Shown in pieces: positions 39,853-49,745 of a stretch of DNA of 64,000 nt. The notes beneath the pieces were generated by a model. The model searched no databases and was not told the origin of the DNA. It worked only from the letters and a program-made list of their open reading frames with translations. Position 1 is the stretch's first letter; each line of letters opens with the position of its first letter. This DNA comes from Acidobacteriota bacterium (GTDB lineage Bacteria; Acidobacteriota; UBA6911). The position numbers were made by a program, and so were the translations under genes. The stretch covers positions 33,045 to 97,044 of the forward strand of contig JAAYAJ010000023.1 in assembly GCA_012719455.1 (NCBI GenBank). Reading direction: 5' to 3'.

Positions 39853-40833
39853 TCACCGTGCCGGAAAGTTTTTCCGTTCGATGGTCCACCTCTCATCCGT
39901 GCACAAGCCGCACTGATCGCCCACGAAACGGGCGGCGGCCTTTGCATCACCGCGCAATTGCCAGTTCAGCCAGTCCACCGCCACCTGCGCGGCGGCACCG
40001 CCGTTTGGTTCGTGGTAGGTGCCTCCATGGCCTACCGGCAGGTTTGCCACCGCCACGGGAACATGGTCGATCAGCCGGAAGTCCTCCATGCCATTCTCAT
40101 AGGCAACGTCGGTCGACCCGCCCAGTATGTAGAGAACGGGCGTGTGATAGTTCTTCACCGTCGACTTGGGCACCTTGAAGCCGGGCATGCTGGCCCGTTC
40201 ACCGTCATAGGTGCCCGTGTTCTGCATGATCAGGGTCTTCACACGCGGATCCCCGGCGACCAGAGCCGCTTGCAGGCCTCCACAACTGAAGCCCGATACG
40301 GCCACCTGCCGCGGATCGATGCGCCCGAAATACGGGCTGCCCTGACGGCTGTTCTCGGCCAGCGCCCAGTCGATGGCCCTGGTGAGATCCGATGGTTCGG
40401 TGCGCGGAAAGGGCTTCGGCTCTGCGGCGGGCGGATGGGCTCCCGGCCCGCTGAGGATGCGACCGGACGCAAGCACCAGGTAACCGTGCGACGCCAGCTC
40501 AAGCAGATGGAAGCGGGTGCTGGCGGCATCATCCGAACAGCCGCCGTTTCCCCACGCAACCACGCCCAGTTTCTGCGAACCCATCGCCGCCAGGTTGGCC
40601 GGTCGATACACCACATGCCTTGGGAGCTCGGGAATCTCCTCCTTCATCGCCGGGTAGGCGCCGGTGCCCGGGGTGTCCGGAATGTTGTTCTGTCCAAATC
40701 CCGGCGGACCCATCGCCGCCCGATTGGGCCCACCGGCGCGGGACGCGGGCGGCTGCTGGGCGGCGGCCGCCCGCGCGCCGACCAGGGCGCCGGCCATTAC
40801 CATGACGCATATCAAACCTTTTGCGGTACGCAT
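39853..40833 (-). CDS. secreted alpha/beta-hydrolase (dienelactone-hydrolase/esterase-like)
   Basis: Signal peptide MRTAKGLICVMVMAGALVGARAAAA. Nucleophile elbow GFSCGG. Confidence 0.6.
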   Translation of the reverse strand: MRTAKGLICVMVMAGALVGARAAAAQQPPASRAGGPNRAAMGPPGFGQNNIPDTPGTGAYPAMKEEIPELPRHVVYRPANLAAMGSQKLGVVAWGNGGCSDDAASTRFHLLELASHGYLVLASGRILSGPGAHPPAAEPKPFPRTEPSDLTRAIDWALAENSRQGSPYFGRIDPRQVAVSGFSCGGLQAALVAGDPRVKTLIMQNTGTYDGERASMPGFKVPKSTVKNYHTPVLYILGGSTDVAYENGMEDFRLIDHVPVAVANLPVGHGGTYHEPNGGAAAQVAVDWLNWQLRGDAKAAARFVGDQCGLCTDERWTIERKNFPAR

Positions 40834-40915
40834 AATCGATGACAGCCTCCCTTCTTTTCCACCGTGCCACGAAGAGCACGAGGGACACGAAGAAACCCTC
40901 CATTCATTCGGCTCT

Positions 40916-42511
40916 TTACCGCTCTCCTCCGTTCATCCCGGCCTGTTCCCTGCGCCATTGATAGTACGCATCATAAGCCTTCAGTTTTTCCAGGTTCGGG
41001 ATCGGCTTTGCGACGGCGGTATCGTCGAAATACAGAACCTTCTGGTCATCCTCGGTAAAGTTGGGCCATTCCGGCAGGCCGGGTCCGTTCGGGTCCCCCT
41101 TGTCGGCAAAATTGATCCAGTAAGACTGAATCATTTCGGAAAGAGCCAGGTCTTCCGGTCGAGGTTCGCCAGTCCGCCCTCCGAAATTTCCAAACACATA
41201 GGGGATCTCGTCCGCATGATTGGCGCCTTCGGGGGACGCCGGCGTCCGATGGTCATAATAGTAGACAAACGCTTTGCCCTTCCCCATCCGGGATTGAAGC
41301 CGGGCCCAGGCCCAAGTGGGCCAGGAAAAGGCGAATTCGCGGAAAACATCGGCCGAGGCACGGGCGGCTTCGGCGTCGGTCGCATGGGGATAGGCTTCCA
41401 GAATGACATCAGCCCGTTCTCCATACCCGGACCGGATCTGTTGTTCAAACTGATCAGGGGTGACGGAACCCCTCATGAACAATCCGCCTTCGTTGGAATT
41501 GGTGCCCACCAGGATCGGAGTGTCGTTGAACCGTCCCTTCTCATACTGTTCGTAAGGATCTCCCGGGATTACATATCCATCGGCCACCGGCCAAAAAGCG
41601 GCGCCGCCGCCCATTCCTCCTCCGGCGGCCTGCTGGATCTGTTCAGCCGGCAGAGCCCGCGCGGCCTTGATGTTGTCGACACCGAGTTTATTCAGGAAGC
41701 TCGCTCCATCCGATTCCGCCAGCGCCAGTGAGGGGACATTCATTCCCGCTCCCGCTACGACCCGCGGCGGAGCAAACGAGCCGCCGCTTTCGGAAATTGC
41801 GCGCTGGAACAGCCCTTGGGCGGGCGGCGCTGCGGCCAGCATGCCGACCGCGATTCCTCCTGCGGATTCGCCGAAAATCGTTACCCGCGACGGGTCGCCT
41901 CCGAACCGGCCGATATTGTCCCTTACCCACTGGAGCCCGGCGATCATATCCTGAAGTCCATAGGTTCCGGATCCGCGGCCGCTTTCACCGCTGAGCTCCG
42001 GGTGGGCCATAAATCCGAAGACGCCGAGCCGATAGGCAATACTTACAAGCACAACCCCTTTTTGGGCGAATTTGGTTCCGTCGAACATCGGCGTACCCGT
42101 CATTCCACCGACGAATGCGCCGCCGTGAATCCAGACCATCACCGGCCGCTTTTCATCGGCCTTCTTGGCTCCGGTCCAGATGTTCAGGTACAGGCAGTCC
42201 TCACTGAAATTGGCGGAAGTGCCCGTCATCGCAGCCATGCTTGCATCCTGCATGCACCCGCAAGCATATGCATCCGCACTCTTTACACCCGTCCAGGCCT
42301 CCGCCGGCTGCGGAGATTTCCAGCGCAGGTCGCCGACCGGAGGCGCCGCAAAGGGAATTCCTTTGTACACCAAAACACCGTCCTGTTCGACGCCTTCGAT
42401 AGTTCCTCCGGCCACCTCAACGGTTGTTTTCAGGGGCGGCGAACCGCATGCGCCGGCAAATAAAACAACAACCATCATTACAAAAAAACACCCTAAACGT
42501 TTTGACAGCAT
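40916..42511 (-). CDS. carboxylesterase type B (COesterase family) lipoprotein
   Basis: Lipobox LFAGACG. Type-B carboxylesterase signatures include the GESAGG nucleophile elbow. Confidence 0.8.
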   Translation of the reverse strand: MLSKRLGCFFVMMVVVLFAGACGSPPLKTTVEVAGGTIEGVEQDGVLVYKGIPFAAPPVGDLRWKSPQPAEAWTGVKSADAYACGCMQDASMAAMTGTSANFSEDCLYLNIWTGAKKADEKRPVMVWIHGGAFVGGMTGTPMFDGTKFAQKGVVLVSIAYRLGVFGFMAHPELSGESGRGSGTYGLQDMIAGLQWVRDNIGRFGGDPSRVTIFGESAGGIAVGMLAAAPPAQGLFQRAISESGGSFAPPRVVAGAGMNVPSLALAESDGASFLNKLGVDNIKAARALPAEQIQQAAGGGMGGGAAFWPVADGYVIPGDPYEQYEKGRFNDTPILVGTNSNEGGLFMRGSVTPDQFEQQIRSGYGERADVILEAYPHATDAEAARASADVFREFAFSWPTWAWARLQSRMGKGKAFVYYYDHRTPASPEGANHADEIPYVFGNFGGRTGEPRPEDLALSEMIQSYWINFADKGDPNGPGLPEWPNFTEDDQKVLYFDDTAVAKPIPNLEKLKAYDAYYQWRREQAGMNGGER

Positions 42512-42780
42512 CCCGCGCCTCCTGAAAAAGTGTCGGCATGACCCTGCCGATCGACGTTTTTAATTCAAGTCAGACCCTATTGGTTTTTTCGGTTCTTCCG
42601 GCTTTTGAGTGGGTGCCACAACATAATAGTGGTTTAGAATGTCAGGATCCTGCAAGTGGAAAGTAGCGGCAAGGCCTGATTGAAAATACCGCGGGCGATT
42701 GCCGGAGCGGCAAAAACCATCATGCACCGGCCACCGCCGTCCGTCGCATTTCAGCCGGGTTGCGCTCGAGGAGGACGCAC

Positions 42781-43251
42781 ATGATCAAGATTGATATTCC
42801 GGGGCTGGCACCCCTGCGCCTGAGCCACTTGGTACTGGACGTCAACGGGACCCTTGCGCTGGACGGGGGGCTGATCGAGGGGGTGGGAGAGCGACTCCGA
42901 CGGCTGGCCGGGGAGATCGAAATCCACTTGGTAACGGCCGACACCTTCGGGACGACGGACGCCATCGCCCGGGCGCTCGGGCTCCGCTCGACCCTCATCC
43001 CCCTGCACAACCAGGCGGAGGCGAAGCGGGCCCACGTCGAACGGCTGGGAGCGGACGCCGTCGCCGCCATAGGCAACGGGGCCAACGACGCGCTCATGCT
43101 CGAGCGCGCGGCCCTGGGGATCGCCGTCCTCGGTCCGGAAGGGGCGGCCACCGTCGCCCTGCTCGCGGCTCCCGTGGCCGTTCGCGACATCCAATGCGGG
43201 CTGGACCTGCTGCTCCACCCCCGGAGGCTCGCAGCCACCCTGCGGCGCTGA
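42781..43251 (+). CDS. HAD-superfamily hydrolase (small HAD / P-type-ATPase-like phosphatase domain)
   Basis: HAD motif I LVLDVNGTL. A later motif GNGANDALM is also present. Confidence 0.5.
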   Translation: MIKIDIPGLAPLRLSHLVLDVNGTLALDGGLIEGVGERLRRLAGEIEIHLVTADTFGTTDAIARALGLRSTLIPLHNQAEAKRAHVERLGADAVAAIGNGANDALMLERAALGIAVLGPEGAATVALLAAPVAVRDIQCGLDLLLHPRRLAATLRR

Positions 43252-43285
43252 CCCTGCCCTACCGTTCGGCGCGCAACCGGCCGGG

Positions 43286-44077
43286 TCACGCTTCCAGTTC
43301 GAACCGAAAGCGCGCCTGTCCGCAAATGACCTCGTCCCCAGACTGCAGCCGGATGCCGCAGGGGTTGCCCGAGGGCACCTCCAGCGACCTTTCCTCCCTC
43401 ACGATGCTGGTGCCGTAGCGGCTGACCTCGTCCATGATCAGGAATTCCTGGCTCGCGTGGTCCCACCAGATCCTGGCGTGCGCGTAACTCACGGTGGAAT
43501 TGATCTCGCCCCCGTCGTCGAGGAAGATGAAATCGTTTTTGCGGATCACCCGTCCTTCGCGGTCGGTCACTTCGGGCGAACGCCCGACGAGCACCCTCTC
43601 CTTCCGCAGCCGCCAGAACGGCTCCGCCGCGACGCCCTTGGTGATCGTCAACCGCACCGCGGGCATCTCCCGCTTCCCGGACGGGTCACGCTTGACGAAC
43701 TCGATTTTGTAGACCGCCAGGGGCATGGGATCGGCGCCCGGGACCGCTTCGGAGGCCACCGAAATCTCCACCGGCTCCGGGAGGCGGACCTGCGCCTCCT
43801 CGAGCATCTGCAGGATATCCCCCTTGAGCGACCCCCCCTCGAGAAAGGCGGCACGGAAAGCCTCCCCCTGGTCGTCCGTAAGGGGGTAGAGAAGGACCGA
43901 AATTTTCCCGTAGGGGAACGCTTTCCCGGAGGATTCGGTGACGAACCTGGAATCCACCTGTTCCAGGACCTGGCGCCGGATTTCCGACAATTTCTGCATC
44001 GTCTCCGGGCTGAAGGCATTGTCGAATCGCGAGCGGAGCCGCTGCTCCGATTGCGCCAGGATATCCCATATCCCCAT
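43286..44077 (-). CDS. FHA-domain protein
   Basis: C-terminal FHA signature VLVGRSPE...SYAHARI...GTSI...LQSGDEVICGQARFRFEL. The ORF-track entry (43286-44596) is longer, but its N-terminal half is antisense to panD. The start was re-picked at MGIWDIL. Confidence 0.55.
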   Translation of the reverse strand: MGIWDILAQSEQRLRSRFDNAFSPETMQKLSEIRRQVLEQVDSRFVTESSGKAFPYGKISVLLYPLTDDQGEAFRAAFLEGGSLKGDILQMLEEAQVRLPEPVEISVASEAVPGADPMPLAVYKIEFVKRDPSGKREMPAVRLTITKGVAAEPFWRLRKERVLVGRSPEVTDREGRVIRKNDFIFLDDGGEINSTVSYAHARIWWDHASQEFLIMDEVSRYGTSIVREERSLEVPSGNPCGIRLQSGDEVICGQARFRFELEA

Positions 44078-44260
44078 GTTCCCGCTCCCCGCACTCGGCC
44101 CCGTGCCCGCCCACACGGCGCGCCCGGACATTCCGTTACCTTTGGGATCCAAGTGTATCACGTCCCGTCGGCGCCGGGGGGGAGTGATAACGGCAAATCC
44201 GTTATTGGGTGGACGAAGAAAGAGGTTTAGGGCATTATTTCGATGGATCGGAAGAAAACT

Positions 44261-44602
44261 ATGCGCTGGGTATTGAAATCGAAGATTCACAAGGCGACGG
44301 TGACCGAAGCCGACGTGCACTACGTCGGCAGCATCACCATCGACGAGGATCTCATGGACCGGGTGGGGCTCTGGCCCGGGGAAAAGGTCCTGGTCGTCAG
44401 CAACACCACCGGCGAGAGGCTGGAAACCTACGTGATCGAAGGCCGGCGGGGATCCGGCGAGATCTGCATGAACGGGGCCGCCGCGCACATGATCAAGCGC
44501 GGGGACGAGATCATCATCATGGGCTTCGAGCTGGTATCCGAACCGATCACCCCCAGGGTCATCCTCGTAGACGAGCACAACCGCTTCCTGCGGCAACTCT
44601 GA
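44261..44602 (+). CDS. panD: aspartate 1-decarboxylase
   Basis: [32 protein letters not shown] aligns with the PanD N-terminus, including the Gly-Ser processing site. Confidence 0.8.
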   Translation: MRWVLKSKIHKATVTEADVHYVGSITIDEDLMDRVGLWPGEKVLVVSNTTGERLETYVIEGRRGSGEICMNGAAAHMIKRGDEIIIMGFELVSEPITPRVILVDEHNRFLRQL

Positions 44603-44605
44603 TCC

Positions 44606-45019
44606 CTATCCTTCGTCATCCTTCACCCGCGAGCGGAGCTTCTTGATGTCCGCACGCCTCTTTTTCTTCTCGAGCCGTTGGAGGCGTGAGGCCGCGCTCG
44701 GTCGCGACCGGCGCCGGGCTTTCGGGGGGACCGACGCCTTTTCGATCAACTCGGCCAGCCGCGCAAGGGCGTCCTCGCGGTTGCGCTGCTGCGTGCGGTA
44801 ACGCCGGGCCTCGATCAGGATCTCCCCCGCGGCGTTCACCCTCCTGCCCGCCAGGCGTAGCAGCCGCTCCCGGACCTCGGGGGACAGGACGCGCGAATGT
44901 AGGGCGTCAAACCGGAGCTGCACCGCGGTCGCGACCTTGTTCACATTCTGTCCCCCGGGGCCCGAGGCGCGGACGAACTCGAAGCTGATTTCATCCGGCG
45001 GAATGTCGATCGGAGCCAT
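44606..45019 (-). CDS. arfB: peptidyl-tRNA hydrolase ArfB (alternative ribosome-rescue factor, release-factor-like GGQ protein)
   Basis: ASGPGGQNVNKV GGQ motif and a basic C-terminal tail, in 137 aa. Confidence 0.8.
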   Translation of the reverse strand: MAPIDIPPDEISFEFVRASGPGGQNVNKVATAVQLRFDALHSRVLSPEVRERLLRLAGRRVNAAGEILIEARRYRTQQRNREDALARLAELIEKASVPPKARRRSRPSAASRLQRLEKKKRRADIKKLRSRVKDDEG

Positions 45020-46017
45020 CAGGGCGCCTTCCCCTCATCCGGGGGAGGCGCCGTCCCTCTCAGAATCAGGACCGGCGCCCCCCTGTCGACCTCCCCCGGC
45101 CGAATCGCGGGGTTGGCACCCGCCAGCGGATCGACGGCGAAATCCCAGACCAATTCGTTGGGCGCCCCCTCCCGGTCAAACTCCACGAGGGCATATTCCC
45201 CCGGCTCGACCGGGGCGGCGGGGGTGACCTTCACCCAGTAGTCGCTGACCGGCTCCACGATAGTTTCCACGTATTGGGCGCGGACGCTCATGCGCCCGTA
45301 AACGGCGATATTGTAGCTGAACACCACCCGGTTCCCCTTCCGCTCCTCGCAGGAAACCAGCCGGAGCCGCCCCGCGGCGCCCTCACTGTCGCCCGGCAAC
45401 GCACCGTCGCCCCGCGGCGCTCCGTTGCCGGGCTCAACCGGGAAATAGATCTCCGGCACCGTTGTGTGCGACCGCACGTCGGCGCGCGGCCCCTCGAGCT
45501 CGATCATCTGCCGGGAACCGGCGACCGGATTGAGGATGCCCCGGAGGATATTGCCTTTCATGTTCTTGTTCAGCCGCCCGCCGCTCTGGTCGAGCAACAC
45601 CAGCACGGGCGCCCCCCCGTAGCGGTCGACCAGGTAGACCCGGCCGGGGGCGGGCAGGCGCATTCCCGGGGCGACCTGCGGGGCCCGGGCCAGGTCCTCC
45701 TGCCGCTGCCGCCGGGCGCTCTCCCCCGCGGCAGCCGACCGCTCGGCCGCCGCGTCCGCTTCGCGCCGCGCCTGCCGCTCCGTCGCCGGCCAATCGACCA
45801 GTTCCGCGGGCATCTCCTCCCACTCGTTGCGCTCGGCGCTGTAGTAGCGGAGGCGCCCCCCCTCAATGGAGTAACCCCGGACCCGTTCCCGGGAACCGTC
45901 GGTCAACACGAGGACGCGCGCGGCCCCTTCGGCCGCCTCCCCGCCGAGAGAGAAGGGGACGGGAAGACAGAGAAGCGCCAAGAGGAAGGTAGACAGTTTC
46001 CGGCGTCCGACACTCAC
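45019..46017 (-). CDS. hypothetical secreted protein (GTG start)
   Basis: Signal peptide VSVGRRKLSTFLLALLCLPVPFSLG with a GGGAG RBS. No recognisable domain. ATGA-coupled to arfB. Confidence 0.4.
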   Translation of the reverse strand: MSVGRRKLSTFLLALLCLPVPFSLGGEAAEGAARVLVLTDGSRERVRGYSIEGGRLRYYSAERNEWEEMPAELVDWPATERQARREADAAAERSAAAGESARRQRQEDLARAPQVAPGMRLPAPGRVYLVDRYGGAPVLVLLDQSGGRLNKNMKGNILRGILNPVAGSRQMIELEGPRADVRSHTTVPEIYFPVEPGNGAPRGDGALPGDSEGAAGRLRLVSCEERKGNRVVFSYNIAVYGRMSVRAQYVETIVEPVSDYWVKVTPAAPVEPGEYALVEFDREGAPNELVWDFAVDPLAGANPAIRPGEVDRGAPVLILRGTAPPPDEGKAP

Positions 46018-46112
46018 AGGCTTTCTCCCGTCCACGACCGAAAAGTAGCACAGAACCCCGCGCCCCGACAGGACCCTTTGATTGGATCGCCCCGGCGCCG
46101 GCAAAGGTTCAC

Positions 46113-46745
46113 CTACCGGACCCGGAACCGGTGCGCACCCAGGGCCAGGGCGAGGGCACGGCACTCCTCGATCTCCCCCGGGGCGAGGACATGACCGACG
46201 ACGCTCGCCTGGACTTCCTCGAAATGCGCGGGCGCGCGGGAGAGGAAATCGAGCACCGAATCCCACAGGACCTCAGCCGTGACCGGGGCTCCGCCGTGCG
46301 CCCCGAATTGCTCCAGGTCGGGAAGGCACAGCTGCAGGTAACGGGCCATATCGGGCGCGTTGAGCGAAACCGACACCCGGTCGACCGCGGCGCCAAGTTG
46401 CGGCAGCACGTCCCGGCCGTGGATGACGCATGCGTGCCCGTTGGTGTTGAGCCGGATCTTCGCCCCCCCGCTCCGCAGCCAGTCGGCCGCTTCGCCGACG
46501 AGGTCCAGCCGGTAGGTCGGCTCCCCGTATCCGCACCAGACGATCTCCCGGAACCGCCGCGGCCCCCCGTGGCGCATCACCGCCTCCCGCAGCGGGCTGA
46601 AATCGGGCTCTTCCGCCCCCCGCAGCAGCGCTCCACCCAGGCCGTCGGAATCCCTGCGCACGCAAAAAGAGCAGCGGTTGGCGCAACGGTTGGTCACGTT
46701 GAGGTACAACCGGCCGGGATCCCCGTAACGATAAGCGTATTCCAT
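46113..46745 (-). CDS. small radical SAM domain protein
   Basis: CANRCSFC (CxxxCxxC) near the N-terminus, 210 aa. Not GRE-activase-like: it has no ferredoxin inserts. Confidence 0.65.
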   Translation of the reverse strand: MEYAYRYGDPGRLYLNVTNRCANRCSFCVRRDSDGLGGALLRGAEEPDFSPLREAVMRHGGPRRFREIVWCGYGEPTYRLDLVGEAADWLRSGGAKIRLNTNGHACVIHGRDVLPQLGAAVDRVSVSLNAPDMARYLQLCLPDLEQFGAHGGAPVTAEVLWDSVLDFLSRAPAHFEEVQASVVGHVLAPGEIEECRALALALGAHRFRVR

Positions 46746-46883
46746 GATTCCGTCCGCCCGTGAGGATAGGGTGTAAAGCGATGATTGTACACCCGGCCGT
46801 TTTGGGCTTCGAGCCCTCCCCGCCCCGGGGTTATAGTAGGAGTCGCCCTCCGCATCGGGCGGCGGGAGAGTATGGGGGAAACC

Positions 46884-47402
46884 ATGGCTTGCATCCGGGC
46901 CTTCGGGCCGTTCGTACCCGACATCGACCCTTCCTCCTTCGTCGCCGAAAACGCAACGGTCGTGGGCGAGGTCCGCATCGCGGCCGAAGCGAGCATCTGG
47001 TACGGGACCGTGCTGCGGGGAGACGTGGGAGCGATCGTGATCGGGGAGCGGAGCAACATCCAGGACCTGTGCATGGTCCACTGCACGACCGACCGGTCGC
47101 GCACCCTCGTGGGGCGGGAGGTGTCGGTGGGGCACGGCGCGGTGCTGCACGGATGCATCCTCGGCGACGGCTGCCTGGTCGGGATGGGCGCCATCGTCAT
47201 GGATAACGCCGTGGTGGGGGAGGACGCCGTCGTCGCCGCGGGCGCCGTGGTACTGGAAGGGCAGACGCTCGAAAGCGGCTGCCTCTACGCGGGGATCCCG
47301 GCGCGGAAAATCAAGACGCTCACGGCGGAACGGATCGCCGCGAACCGGCGCAATGCCGCCCACTACATCGAACTCGGGCGGATGCATCGACTGGCCGACT
47401 GA
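46884..47402 (+). CDS. gamma-class carbonic anhydrase family protein (left-handed beta-helix, YrdA/PaaY-like)
   Basis: Hexapeptide repeats with the conserved motif SIWYGTVLRGD. Confidence 0.75.
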   Translation: MACIRAFGPFVPDIDPSSFVAENATVVGEVRIAAEASIWYGTVLRGDVGAIVIGERSNIQDLCMVHCTTDRSRTLVGREVSVGHGAVLHGCILGDGCLVGMGAIVMDNAVVGEDAVVAAGAVVLEGQTLESGCLYAGIPARKIKTLTAERIAANRRNAAHYIELGRMHRLAD

Positions 47403-47489
47403 TTTTCCGGATCCGGGCGGAAGGCGCCGGCGGGACGGGGGACCCTCGGGGAAGAACGTTCCTCTCTTTTCACGACCAAAGGAGGACAC

Positions 47490-47618
47490 GTGCTGAATCT
47501 ATTGTGGATGATCATCATCGGTTTCATCGCGGGCGCGCTCGCCAAACTCCTGATGCCCGGGATGCGGCCCGAGACTCCGGCCGCCCGCCAAACACTGTCA
47601 CGTCCCGGAAACTCGTGA
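47490..47618 (+). pseudogene. truncated GlsB/YeaQ/YmgE-family membrane protein fragment (42 codons)
   Basis: (M)IIIGFIAGALAKLLMPG matches the family's N-terminus, then diverges to a stop after 42 codons. Full-length members are about 80 aa. Confidence 0.3.
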
Positions 47619-47667
47619 GATAATGGTGTTTTCGTCAAGACAACAGGTCAAAAGGAGGACCTGCGCC

Positions 47668-47931
47668 ATGACTTCGCCCTCCGGAGTTTCGCTCGCCCGC
47701 CGCGTGCTCGCACGCTTCCACTTTCGTTTTCCCACCCTGGTCGCACTCCTGGCGGTGCTCACCCTGGCCGACTTCGTCATCCCCGACTTCATCCCCTTCA
47801 TAGATGAAATCGGCCTGGCCCTGCTGACGCTGCTGTTCGCGATGTGGCGCGACCGCAAGGCGCCGGATCAGCCCGCGGCCGCAGGGGGTTCGACGGCGCC
47901 CGACGCCGCCTGGATCAAGCCGCGGTTGTAG
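47668..47931 (+). CDS. small hypothetical membrane protein
   Basis: 87 aa with one hydrophobic helix. RBS AAAGGAGGA 8 nt upstream. Confidence 0.4.
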   Translation: MTSPSGVSLARRVLARFHFRFPTLVALLAVLTLADFVIPDFIPFIDEIGLALLTLLFAMWRDRKAPDQPAAAGGSTAPDAAWIKPRL

Positions 47932-48059
47932 ACCGCCCGCTCGCCCCGCGCCGCCGCCGGGCGGCGCTCCATGCAGCCGCCCTCCCACGGGGAACCCACG
48001 CCTTGGAGGGGAGGGCCGAAATCGATCCAGGAGCAGTTGATTCCAACCCGCATGAAGCC

Positions 48060-48608
48060 TCACGCCCGCCCGCGCCGCTCTCGAATCGCCCGCCAGGCCT
48101 GGAGCCCCAGCAACGCCAGGACCAGGACAGCCATAGGCACGGGGAGCAACACCGCGAGCAACGCCGCGGCCCCTGCAGCCGCCGTCGCCGGAACACCCGG
48201 GGCGGCGCCGACGGAGACCTTCCCGGCGCCGGGAACGCGCCGGGCCGAGGCCCGGGCGGCCTGTACCCCCCCGGCCACCAGGATCCCACAGACCATGGCG
48301 AGCACGGGGCTCAACCCGCTGATGGCGTGGCTGGCGGCGGCAAAGAGGATGGCGCCTGCGACGGGACGGGCCAGGGTGCGGATCCGCTCGAGGATGACGG
48401 CCACCGCGGGCACCCGCCCCGCCGTCTCCTCGAGGACCAAAAGCGCCGCGAGCAACGCCAGCACCCAGCCGTTTTCCAGGGCGTCCCAGGGGGCGCCGAG
48501 GGTGATGAGGGGGGTGAACCTCGCCAGCAGGCCCACCACGAGGAGCGGGAGGTAGGCATTGAGCCCCGTGGCCGCGCTCAGACCGAACGCCGATAGGATG
48601 TCGATCAT
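48060..48608 (-). CDS. DUF4126-family integral membrane protein
   Basis: 182 aa. Multi-TM, rich in Ala/Leu/Gly. Confidence 0.5.
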   Translation of the reverse strand: MIDILSAFGLSAATGLNAYLPLLVVGLLARFTPLITLGAPWDALENGWVLALLAALLVLEETAGRVPAVAVILERIRTLARPVAGAILFAAASHAISGLSPVLAMVCGILVAGGVQAARASARRVPGAGKVSVGAAPGVPATAAAGAAALLAVLLPVPMAVLVLALLGLQAWRAIRERRGRA

Positions 48609-48659
48609 CGCTTCCCCCGCCTGCAGCCTCGATTGCGGGGCATTATACCAATGCGGACG

Positions 48660-49478
48660 CTACCGCCGCACCGCCTTCCAGGGGGTGCTTGCGCCCGCCG
48701 CCGTCCGGGTCCCCGATATCGCGCCCTCTTCGATCCGGCCGGTATAGAGGACGCCCGCGGCAACGAAATCGATCCGGTCGCCGGTGACCTTGCCCGAGAC
48801 CATGGCACTCCGGTTCCCCGTCCGAAGCGTTCCGGAAACCATCTGGAAATCCTGGCTAAGCTCCAGTTCCCCGCCCTCCATTTCCCAGATTCCCTGCACC
48901 CCGGCCGGGACGATCCAGAGATAGGCCGTGCACCAGGTGATGCAGCTTTCGGGGAGGTTGGCGACCACGTCCGCCTTCCAGTCCTCCATGGTGAAGCTGT
49001 TCGACACGATCCGGGTGCCGGGCTTCAGGCTGAGGAGCGTGGGGCGCAGCTTCAGGTTGATGCTGGGAAGGAGGAACATGGTAAGGACCGTGGCCTCGGA
49101 GAAATCGGTCTCGAACAGGTCCGCCTTCTTGAAGGACGCCAGGGAGCTCACCCCCTCCTTTTCCGCGTTGCGGATCGACAGTTCGACCATTTCGGGGTTG
49201 TATTCGATCCCGAGGGCCCGCACCCCGCGCTGGGCGGCCGAAATCACCGTGCGCCCGTCCCCCGAGCCCAGGTCGATCACGTAGTCCGCGGGGGTGACCT
49301 TCGCCAGGTCGAGCATGACATCGACCAGGGCCTGGTCGGTCGGGACCCAGACCACGTCCTTCCCCGGCTGCCCCACCTGGGGCTGGTACCCCTCCGTCTG
49401 GGCCAGCGCCCCGGTCACTGCGATGCAAAGCCCGAACACCACCATCAACCCGTACCTGGAAGGCGATCGCTTCGTCAT
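48660..49478 (-). CDS. secreted class I SAM-dependent methyltransferase
   Basis: Signal peptide MTKRSPSRYGLMVVFGLCIAVTGALA. SAM motif I VIDLGSGDGR. Confidence 0.6.
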   Translation of the reverse strand: MTKRSPSRYGLMVVFGLCIAVTGALAQTEGYQPQVGQPGKDVVWVPTDQALVDVMLDLAKVTPADYVIDLGSGDGRTVISAAQRGVRALGIEYNPEMVELSIRNAEKEGVSSLASFKKADLFETDFSEATVLTMFLLPSINLKLRPTLLSLKPGTRIVSNSFTMEDWKADVVANLPESCITWCTAYLWIVPAGVQGIWEMEGGELELSQDFQMVSGTLRTGNRSAMVSGKVTGDRIDFVAAGVLYTGRIEEGAISGTRTAAGASTPWKAVRR

Positions 49479-49745
49479 TATTGCGGCTCCTTGTCGATCG
49501 GCCCGGGGCGGCCCGCGGTTCCCCGCGTCGGGACCCAATCGCCCCGATGGAACCCGCGCACCCTCCGGCTGCCGGAAAAGCCGATTATAATCCCGACCCT
49601 TTCCCATCTCCTACGGAAACTGTCGGCCGCCCCCGCATTTTTTCCCTCCCGGAATTCGTGGACGGGGATGCGGGCGACCGGCGGGCGATCGGGCTCACCG
49701 GCCGGGGGATGCATTCCCCGGCCGGTGCGACGGACCGGGTCGCCG

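Noticed and set aside
43286-44596. 436-aa minus-strand ORF as drawn in the ORF track
   Set aside because: Only the C-terminal 263 aa (the FHA domain) look like protein. The N-terminal portion overlaps panD in antisense and has no plausible start context. It is therefore called from the internal ATG at about 44077.
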